This document shows, piece by piece, positions 54,079 to 64,000 of a DNA stretch of 64,000 nucleotides. Each line of letters opens with the position of its first letter. Position 1 is the stretch's first letter. A program made the position numbers and the translations under genes. Source of the DNA: Paramecium tetraurelia (Eukaryota); assembly GCA_000165425.1 (NCBI GenBank), contig CT868363.1, forward strand, positions 1 to 64,000. The letters run 5' to 3'. The notes beneath the pieces are model-generated. The model did no database searches and was not told the origin of the DNA. It saw only the letters and a program-made list of their open reading frames with translations.

Positions 54079-55640
54079 TCATTCCAAATTTAACTAAACA
54101 ACAAATTAAGATATAAATTCAAAGTTTTATTTCATTTTTTGAAGGTGACTTATCTATACTTCTCTTATTTGACAATGCACGAATGAAACATATTTAAATC
54201 TATCACATTAGTTATTATGATGATTCTCATCTTTCATTGTATATTCCATTACAATTAAAACAGATTTGTCTGATTTAGCTCCTGAAAGTGATTCAAAATT
54301 ATAGTCTGTCATATGTCTTTCTTATGTAACCAACTAATTCAACTCTACTTCCTCACTAAATTTAGTATGAATCTAATTACTGTAGCAATTCAGAAGGATC
54401 ATCAGATATTATTAAATCTATTGTATTATTTCTGTATTAAGAAATATATTCTCTAATCACTCCATAACCATTGTATTCCTATCCAAAGTACGATCGGAAT
54501 GTAGTACTCTTAGCTTTCACAATTTATTCTATGTTTTCAATTGCATTTTAAAATAAGAACGAGTTGAATAAAGTATAATCATACAAAGTATGGCTACCTA
54601 CAATGATGACTATCAATAATCTCTCCTGTGCTTCTTAAGCTATATCTGTTAGTTTGATATTTTCTTCAAAATTGAACAGATCCTTATTAAAATAGTAAAC
54701 AATGGGAAAATCATTGTGATAAACCTAAGAAACTGATTTTGCTGGGTGAATTATCAAATAGGGCAACACAAAATGGGTGCTCTTGGATTTCTATACTCCC
54801 ATATAAAAAGAAGAGCTATGGTTTTTCCCAAAACAAAATGGGATTGTCTAATTCTTATTTTCTTCTGAAATCAGTAAATTTGGCTGCTTCTTCTGATTCT
54901 AATCACAAATGTTTATACATTTTCCATATATATTAAGGTAATACTCTTAATTAATATAATAATTACTTCCTCCTCACACCGATAACAAGTCCCTGTAATG
55001 TGCATACATTCAGAACATTTCTCCTCACATTATTTACATGCCTTTAAATTTTTATCCATATAGTATCCTTTTTCACACAGTACTTCATCATTCCTTCTAT
55101 TTTATTAAAGTTCCTTGTGTGTGTCTTTATTTTCATGAGGCTCAGTTCCATTAACTGTTTGATTTTTTATTTATGATTCACTTACAATAGTTTGATTTAA
55201 TTCACTCTTATTTACATTTTGCTGGGGAATATCCTCTTCTTAATGTAATTATTCATTTTATAATTCTTAATCCTCCTTATGATCAGTACCTTCATCTTTT
55301 TTTCTTTCTTCATCTATTTCAATCAATTTAGGCCCATCTAAATTAGATTCATCTTTTGTATTGTACTACTCTTTTGGTACTTTAAATAGAGATATTTCTT
55401 ACTTGTAATATTTACTTTTGTTTCCTCTTTCGGAATTACCTTCTTTTACTCTTTTGCCTAATCCGATACATAAATCAAAATTCCTCCAAATAAGATTATG
55501 AGAATGATAATCCAAACAATTATTAATTTGCTATTAGATGTATTCTTTCTCCTATTCTATTTTATATTAACAACATCTAATTCACCATCGTCTTCAACAA
55601 TATCTACGGATTATTAATCTGATATAGGTTTATAATTCAT
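54079..55640 (-). CDS. Type II membrane protein with acidic stalk and furin-like Cys-rich module; one probable frameshift
   Basis: TM LIIVWIIILIILFGGILIYV, E/D/Q stalk, CEKGYY...CKQCEEKCSEC...CYRCEEEYYLNIYGKC; frame break near 54515. Confidence 0.65.
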
Positions 55641-56150
55641 TTCCTTAATCAAATTTATATAAAATTAAACAAATTACTTTTAATCATTAACATAATTACA
55701 TAATTAGGTCTTTAGAATATATTTCTCAGATTCAATTTTATATCACTTTTATCATATATTCATCTATGTTATCCTAAGATTTTCTATCAATTTGTTTCAT
55801 TATCAATTACTTTATTAATTATAGTCTCTAAGTTTCAGTTAGATAGAGAATAATGATTGATAATTTTAATTGTAGTGATTTATTCTATGTTTTACATCCA
55901 CCATAAAATTTTAATTAGATTAGTGATCCTTGATTAAAGATTCAGTTTATAAAAGTATATTCATTTAGCACACTTGAATTAAATTTCAGAGAAATGCTTT
56001 TGAGTATCTTTTTAGCACAAGAAATTGAAAATAAATCTTAATATAAATAGATTTTTTATTTAAATTCTTATGTTAAAGTAATTACAAGAGTAATTTATAT
56101 TATCTCTCTATATTATAAAAAGTATATTATCGTTTTTATTATTAATAATT

Positions 56151-56448
56151 ATGAAATTTTGTGTTTTCATTTTGCTCTTAGGTTTAGTTATTTGTGATTA
56201 GCTACATGCATAAAGCAATTTAAGATATGAATATTAATTTGCTCCATGGAGGTTAGATTGTACAAATAAATGTCAAAGTGCTGGAGGTGTTGTTTGCGGA
56301 TATGAAACATATGTTTGTTGCAGATCAGTATGATCTACTACTATAAAATTAGGGAAAATGCTTAAAACAATGGAAGTCTGAGACATGTGATACTTGGGAT
56401 AAAATTCACATTCTAAATTGTGTACCAGGGCCAAGTAGCAAATAATGA
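56151..56448 (+). CDS. Small secreted 8-cysteine peptide precursor, 90 aa
   Basis: MKFCVFILLLGLVIC signal; C-x3-C-x7-C-x6-CC-x4-C-x8-C-x10-C; canonical 25-nt intron 56328-56352 restores the frame. Confidence 0.85.
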
Positions 56449-56897
56449 CTTATAAAATTTATCATTTTATAATATGCATTTACAGATGGATAAGAAATTG
56501 TTCTAATCAGATTAAAAATTAATTATTTAGAATTTGTTTAGAAAATTATTAATCCAATAACTAATACTGTTTAATATACTATAAATGTAATATTTGTTGA
56601 TAACATGTTAAACTTGTCTCACTAACTATGATTTTTTACATTATGGTATTATGTAGACTAATCCTGCAAAACATTTTGATTTTCATCAAATAAAACTTGC
56701 ACTAATACACTAATTCACTATAATAAGTGGTGTATATATCTAAGAAAATACTACTACATCATATAAGTTATTCAAATAAATAACTTATTGATTAGATATA
56801 AATATTGTTATATAATAGAATTTAATAAAAATCTTGATAAGCTCATTCTGTCATATATACTAAAATATAATATATGATCAATATGGCAATATTCTAA

Positions 56898-57555
56898 TCA
56901 ATCCTTCTCCATCCTCGACATAATTACTTACCAAGGATTTCATGATGTTATCATTTATTTGCATTCCTGGTTCAAGTCGACTTCCAATGCCATATTTATC
57001 TGTTCTTGTATCGATCATACAATCTTTGTTAGCTGGGTCTTAATTAAATTATTAAATTAACTAATCTTAAATATCATAAATTACTTCCTCTACTGTGATT
57101 TGAGTCTTATTGATGTAATATGTGCAAACATTTTTTTTTCCAAATAGATGGATATAGGCCATATTGACTAATGATTATTTTAAATTGCTACCTGAGGATA
57201 TATCTTTCATGTAAACAGTCCTTACGTCTTTAAGTAAAATAGAATGGCTAAGCATATTTTGACTGTCAGAACTTTCGAAAGCAAAAAAGTTAGGAGATGA
57301 TTAGGGTTAATTTTGTAATTCGCCTTTTGGTTATTCTGCTTTTTTTTTATTAACAAAATTGATTAGATCTTGAATGGTTTTATGACCATATTTTGTCGTG
57401 TCATCAGTTTTTGAATTTCCCAAATAAAATGTGAAGGGTATCCCATAAACATGTTTTTTTTGTTTTACAGCATATTTATTCACAGCTTCCGCTTACTCTT
57501 TTAAGCGATTTGCTACGATATCATTTTTAACTAGTTGATTTTTATTCACACTCAT
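56898..57555 (-). CDS. Hypothetical protein (may extend upstream to ~58130 via a frameshift)
   Basis: MSVNKNQLVKNDIVANRL...; two tiny introns; ends LVVIMSRMEKD TGA; upstream 57520-58130 is also open in another frame. Confidence 0.5.
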
Positions 57556-58164
57556 TATTTTTATATTTTTATTATTCATTAATTATGTAAAATTAGTTAT
57601 AATCATTTTTTTCATCATCTTTTAAATTTATAGTTCTATTTTAAGACCCGTTTAAGAAATGAGATATCCTCTAATTAATTATTACGTATTTGGATTTTAA
57701 TAATTCTCTTCTATTTCCGAATATATACAGGTTAATCAAATCCTAGTCTAAGTTCTATCTTCCGAGATTAGTTTATTTTGATTTTGCTTATAATTATGGT
57801 TACCATCGCTCTTTCAATTTTGGTTTGGTATTTCCATTTTGCTGTAAGTTTAGTTGATTTATAAAGATACATTTTTTTTGAATGCTATTGATATTCTTGG
57901 CAATCCATTCATAATTTGATTTTGCTGAAGTTCCAACTGAATTTAATTTTAGATATGTAAGTTTATTTACAATGATTGATTGCGGGTTGCGCATGAGGCA
58001 AGTCTTAAATTAAATTCAAATTTATTCTTTATGGTTCAATTAATTGTTATTTAATCCAATCTATTTTTTTCTGCTTCTTAGAATTCTTGTCAATTCTTCT
58101 TAGGAGCTTTGAATAATCGATTAAATTTTGTTAATTGTAAATAATCAAATTATGATATATATTT

Positions 58165-59016
58165 TCATTCTATTTTTGTTTTTTTTTCAGATTACTATGA
58201 TACATCTTCATTCTGCTTGAAATTGATAACACTCCACAAAGTATATATTTAATTTATAAAAGATTTTGATAAGTTTAAAATTTACTCATCATTTAAATCT
58301 TAAACTTATTCTAATTCTATTTCAAGTTCGTAATCTCTTAAACTCTACGTTTTGAAAATCTATTCTAAATTTTTTTGTATGTTTGAACTTTATGATGCAG
58401 AAATCTAATCAAGAATCTTTTGAAATTCAAGATCAGAGTATTTCTTTAAAGAACCAACATTTGAAAGTGCAAATTCAAATTTGTCTTCTTTTACTAATAA
58501 TGTCTACTTTAATCTTATAAAATTTGCATATTTTTTTCTAGTAGACATTTGATCAAGCAATTCTTTAAGATCTGTTGATAGTATTTTTTCTTAATTCAGC
58601 GATATTCGAAATTGAATCTTATTATCTACTATATCAATATGTTCTTTTTAATTCCTTTATTTCTCAATCTATATACCAGATACTTAATCGTTGATTATCT
58701 GAAATGAATTTCGTTTTTGTTTATCCATTATAAAGTCTATTCGTTTTACGAATACTTAATTTTCCTTTTATTTTAAATAATCATAAGCATTATTATACTA
58801 CTTTAAGTCTATTTTAGACTCAAATTGATATCTCAAATTATTGTTATCTAGTTATTCCATACCTTTGATAGACTCCAAATAATCATTTTACTATACACCT
58901 ATTCCTTTAAATTTTCCCATTTTAGCCTCTAATTCAAATATATTTTAACCCTATCTGCTTACTATTTTATTTTTAATAATTTTGGATATCTATCTGATTA
59001 GTTATTCCTTGTTCAT
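58165..59016 (-). CDS. Cet1-like metal-dependent RNA 5'-triphosphatase (TTM/CYTH superfamily), 283 aa
   Basis: Motif A FELEAKMGKF, FRISLNQE, IRLKQT, motif C YELEIEL; intronless 852 nt. Confidence 0.75.
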
Positions 59017-59083
59017 TTTAAGAATAATGTGAATGTGAATATGAATATGAATATTAATTAATATATATATTATTAATAATAAA

Positions 59084-59975
59084 TCAAAATGATCTAAAAT
59101 TTTTATCTATCTTAATGCATGCATCTTCCAATAATTTTAACAAGGCTTCAGTTGTAGCTTCTCTCTCCCTTCTTTCAAAATTGATATCTTGTTGCAATTT
59201 GCCATGAACATCCTCAATCATTCTAAATATCTTTCCTTAAGTTTCTTCTCTAACCTTCTTTTCAATTAATAATTAATCTGAAAACTTATTAATTTCTGAG
59301 TCGATCTATTCAGACAAGGATTCTGCTGATTCTTCTCTAATTTATAGATATACAAATAACATACCTTGATTGTCTCTCTTGGTCTAATTGATTTTTTACA
59401 ACTTAAATTTATTACAAGACCTCTGCTATTTTTGCTTGACTTCTATCTTCATATTGATGAGTGTTTCTGGTGATTGTTAAGGTGATTTGTGCAAATCGTT
59501 CATCAATTTGCTTTTACAACTTGGTTTCTGCTTATCCTCTAGCATTTTTTTCTTACTCAAAAGAAAGAGCAACATTGTCAGATAAAATTCTAAAATCTTT
59601 CTCCTTCTTATCATCAAATGCCTATAGATACTTAGATATTTATACCTCTCTTTCAGATTTTTAATTATGTGCATGATCTTACAATTTTAGCACTTAATCT
59701 TTAAGTACCTTAAATTTCTACTCGTCCTTTGGTTTTTCCTATGATAAGACATCCTCGATTATTTTAATTCTCTCTTCTAATACTTCTCTCTTTTCCAATT
59801 TATCTTTATCAATTCCATTCTGAATGTGATTCCACTTATCAGATAATAACTTGATTCTTTGTCTTGATGGTGAATCCAAGTCTTAGCTGAGATAATTGAC
59901 CGTTGATCTTTGGGGACTTGATATTTATGATCTGGATAATTTTGATGTTGTAAGTTTTGATGTCGAAAGGAGCAT
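59084..59975 (-). CDS. SF-assemblin / striated fibre (kinetodesmal) protein
   Basis: Ser-rich head then rod ending EKKVREETQGKIFRMIEDVHGKLQQDINFERREREATTEALLKLLEDAC; tiny introns. Confidence 0.88.
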
Positions 59976-60563
59976 ATTAAAATGATATTTTCTAAAATAA
60001 ATTTATTTACGATTTATTTCATTACACTACATATAAATTGCTAAATTCAATTAATTTAACAAATCCAACTTCATCCCTCAGTCCTAGCTATTTGAGACCG
60101 AATTATACATGTAGCAACCTTATTAAATCAATTTAAGAACCTACTTTGATTTTGGAAATCTTTATTTAGGGAGTTCATCCAAATTCTACGAGAAATCGCA
60201 ACATCCACATTAAACTAAGTTATGATTTGGTTTTCAGATTAGTTTTCCAATAAGCATAGAACAAATAAAGATTTAACGTTATTTTTTGGAGTTATTGTTA
60301 AAATTGTTCTCCTTCAATTAATCACAAATAGGAAATTAAATTGGCCTTAATACTTTGATTATAATCAGAAATTGATTAAATGATATGTTTCAATAAAAGA
60401 TCTTTTCCTTCCCAATTTGATTACAAAAATATGAAATTTCATTATTGATCAACTTTATTATTTTTGGACAGATCTTAAATGAAGTATTAATTAATGAGGA
60501 TTCAATATGTCGAATTGCAATTTGTTTGCAGTGAAATAATAATAAATTTATTTAACAAAAAAA

Positions 60564-62540
60564 ATGCTGTAATTCAAGAGTTTAGAAGAACAAATTCAAT
60601 ACCAAGAAAAGAATATTGAGTACTTGTAACAACAAAACTTTGATTTGCAAAACCATATCTCCTAATTCTCTCAATTTTAATAGTTAGGAATTACCATTGA
60701 GGCATTTCAATCTTTGTAGAATAATAGCAAAGAGCAATCACAACAAATTAAACAATTGCAAAAAGAGAATGGCAATCTACTTAAATAGATTCAAAACAAT
60801 CAAGTGAAATATTATGATAAAACATTATCAAAACTGTAATAAGAAAATGTGAAATTGAAGAATGAGATCAGATAATTACGTCAAAGGATTTCATCGCCAT
60901 CCAAACTTGATAAGTCAATTGTTTAGTACAGCACACCTTAAAAGTTACTTAATCCTAGTGCTATACTCAAATCCACAAAAGATCATCCAAAAGATGTGTC
61001 AAGTTTGCTATTTATTAAGGGGTCTCAAAACTTTAAGTCTCCTTATGTCGATATCATTAAAGGAAAATACGAAAACATCAAAGTAATCAAATAGCTGAAA
61101 TCAGGATTAGAGCAATCTTATTTCGACACATATCACTTTGACGTTGTAAGTCAAGATCTCTAATACTCACTCCAATAATTGGATAGATAGCACAGTATCC
61201 ATTAGGGCAAAGGGCTTCTGCTATCCAATTAATTATGTTTGATCTTTGGGGCTTCGAGAACAAATAAAAAGCATTTCCTCATCTAATACCTAGATACTTT
61301 ACTAGGTTAAGTAAAGCAACAGTTCGAAATCTTTTAACAGAATGAGGATTATTAATAATTGATTGTGAAGATTGTATATGAAGAATTATTTAATGGTTCA
61401 GCCAAGCATCCAAGTGAAAGTGAAATACTATTCAATAAAGAGTAAAATAAGAGAGATAATGAAAACAAATTCAGAGAGATTGAATTGTCGATCTCAAAAT
61501 TGAGATTAATCATTCTCAACAAACTCAAAATGACGATAAAGGATAATAGTAAGAAGTATGTGAAAATAAGAAAACTGTATATAGAAACGGAGTTGTAATT
61601 CAATAAGGAAACTCAATTAAATAAGTTTATAGTTTTTACATCCAATTAAAATTTGAATCAAAAATAGTTTTAAAATGCAGAGGAAGGCTTAAATGAAACT
61701 CTGGCCATGAAGGACAAAGGAAGGGAATTGACATAGATTCTAAGATGGCCATAATTACAAATTTCTTTAGTGTTATGTGTTCATCCCACAATTCCAGACT
61801 ATTCTTTTACTATAAATACATTTTAGCTATGCAAATTTATTAGGAATTTAAAACTAGTATCTGATTCTCCTTAAGGTTCTGATAAATTTTAATAAATTTT
61901 GGAGAATAACAATGTAAAATAATTAAATATCGATAGAAATCTCTTGAATAAAAGATAAAAAAATTGAGAGATAAAATCAAGAACTTGGAATCTGAAAATT
62001 ACAGAGTTAAAAAGTAAAGTGTAATCTTAGAAGCAGAGAATGAGGAGGCAGTTGATAAGAATAGAAAATTGAAATAGCAGTTGATAAATTTAACAGGTTC
62101 TCTGTAGCAACTGCAAATGAATTTTTAACAGTAGATTTCTGCAAAGAAATCCTTATCTTTATCTAAAACCAAAAGTGCCATTGTAGCTGATAGTAAAACA
62201 ATACAAACTCTTGAGAAGGCTTCAAAAAGCATATCGGTTTTATTGTCTTAGGGCAGCAAGAGTGATTTGAGTGTGAGTCCTTCCAAAGTTCATAAGACTG
62301 TACCTTCAGATTTACTAATTGTATCATTATGAGAGTTATAAAATATAGCCGAATTTCTAGGAGGATCCTGATGACGAAGAAGAATACTAGGAGGAAGGAG
62401 AGGATGGTTAGGAGGACGAAGACTAGGTGGATGATGAGGATGATTAGAATGCAGATTCATAGTAGCCATCTGAAGTGGATGAATCAGAAGGGTAAGATAT
62501 ACAATAGCCTAGGAAAGAGTCGTCGATATCTATGATATGA
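60564..62540 (+). CDS. Coiled-coil protein with a degenerate kinesin-motor-like domain and acidic tail
   Basis: YHFDVV, CLIFGASRTNKK, IVYEELFNG, RELTQILRW...LVLCVHPTIPDYSFTINTFQLCKFIRNLK in kinesin motif order. Confidence 0.65.
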
Positions 62541-62575
62541 GTGATGTGTATTCGTTTTTTGAATATTTTAATTAA

Positions 62576-63719
62576 ATGAAGATCATTTTGTTGGTTTTCT
62601 TGATTGGGGCTACATTTGCTAGAGACGAAGGCTTTTTTGCTTAATTAAGGAATAGTGATTTTGGAAAGACCATCATCTAAACACTTTAAGTTTAATTGTC
62701 TCAAGATCATCCAGCAGACGCAGTTGTTCATCTCTTGAAATAGATGAAAGATGATCTAAACAATGAATAAAGAGTTGAGGATGAAGGGATAACTGGACAA
62801 TTGAAAACATGTTAAGATGCTTCAAGTGCTGCAGCTGCTGTATTAACTATTGCCAAGGAACGTAAAGCTACATCAGAGGAAAGACTACCCTTACTCTAAT
62901 AAGAATAAAATGATAAGAAACAATAATTGTTTGATAAGTAAGGAGAGGAATAGAGAAACTTGGATAGAATATCAGTATTATAAGAAGCTAGAAATGTTTA
63001 AAGAGTAATTAATTATAAAATAACATTAGCAAGAATTTGAGTAAAGAAGAGATGAGTTGGTGGGTTTAGTTTCTGCACTTCAAGAAGCAAAGAAAATCTT
63101 GTCTTAAGGAATCGGAGCTTTGAAAAAGAATAGTTTTGCTGAACTTAAGAATCATCATCAAAACTTTTTAAAATATTTCCCAAATAAGAAAGGTTTCCAT
63201 AGTATGGTTAATGTGCTATTGACTGTTTTATAAGAAGAAGGTACACAAGAGAATGCTGCTTAGAAGGTTGTGAAAATCATTGATACTCTTGTTGACAGCA
63301 TCTTTTAGGTTCAAAAAGAGGAAATGAGAGCAGATGATGCTAGAGAATTAGACTTCTTAACATAAAAAGAGAGATTGCTTTTGGCTAATAGGAGGTTGTC
63401 TGGCAGTGTGGCTGATTTGAATGCAGCTAATGAGAGAATTGGATAAAAAATATTAGAAATCAAGAATGACATCTCAATTCAAGATTCTGTATTTATTATT
63501 TACGATTTAAGATTATTTTCAATAAGTCTACTGAATAGGCCGATTGGGATTAGACTTGCAGTGATACTGATAAGGCACACAGATAACAAACTGAATAAAG
63601 GTAATTTAATTAAATATAAAAGAAATGCTTAATTAGAAATAATTGTAGAATGCATTGATATCTTTGAGACCAGATTCGATATGGAAACAAAAAGCTACAT
63701 ATAACGCCTTAGATTCTGA
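62576..63719 (+). CDS. TMP: Trichocyst matrix protein precursor
   Basis: Signal peptide, LRNSDFGKTIIQTLQVQL, coiled-coil halves with Cys, SFAELKNH linker; three introns. Confidence 0.88.
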
Positions 63720-63785
63720 ATCAAATATAATTGACACAATATAAAAGCAATAAAAACGGATTTCTAATAATATTTATTATTCTAA

Positions 63786-64000
63786 ATGAAGTTTTCTATT
63801 GTAATACTAATGCTTCTAGTCGTGGGGAATATGGCTTCCGATTTTGATCAGTAGGTTGAAGAATTGTAGAACTCCAACTTTGGTTAGACAATATTACAAA
63901 CAATTTTGATGGAATTGTAAACAGGTGACCCAGTGATTTCAAACCTAATTAATATGATCTAGGGTCTGGAAACAACCTTAGAGAATGAATAAGAAAGAGA
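63786..64000 (+). CDS. TMP: Trichocyst matrix protein precursor (5' part, runs off window)
   Basis: MKFSIVILMLLVVGNMA signal, LQNSNFGQTILQTILMELQTGDP. Confidence 0.85.

Noticed and set aside
60000..60540. Gene between SF-assemblin and the kinesin-like gene
   Set aside because: All frames interrupted by TGA; possible relic only
17327..62540. Functional cytoskeletal cluster (LIS1, SSNA1, MORN, SF-assemblin, kinesin-like)
   Set aside because: Genes are scattered among unrelated ones, and such families are abundant in Paramecium; no evidence of linkage

Overview
AT-rich, gene-dense eukaryotic DNA from a ciliate macronuclear genome, almost certainly Paramecium. TAA/TAG read as Gln and only TGA terminates (genetic code 6). 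Introns are 20-34 nt GT..AG, and trichocyst matrix protein and mini-antigen genes are present. The supplied standard-code ORF track therefore fragments every gene; all models below were re-read by eye with code 6 and boundaries are manual. Bases 1-8.5 kb are a field of decayed gene remnants, and 11-17 kb holds several frameshifted genes. The remainder carries about 35 tightly packed genes, including glutamine synthetase, RPL37, LIS1, BTF3, cystatin, SulP, PMCA, mini-antigen, H-type-lectin-like protein, UTP4, ATG8, a Cache-domain membrane protein, SSNA1, importin-alpha-like, three TMPs, SCP-type phosphatase, MORN, TPR, peroxisomal enoyl-CoA isomerase, MAPK, stomatin, Cet1-like RNA triphosphatase and SF-assemblin. 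The most noteworthy items are a kinesin-fold protein and an alpha-kinase-fold protein that both lack catalytic motifs, a small secreted 8-Cys peptide, a twin-Cx3C microprotein, two introns that seem to need a TG acceptor, very short head-to-head gene spacings, and single-base insertions in an otherwise intact PMCA. No rRNA, tRNA, CRISPR array or intact mobile element was recognised. I found no single clear new multi-gene system.
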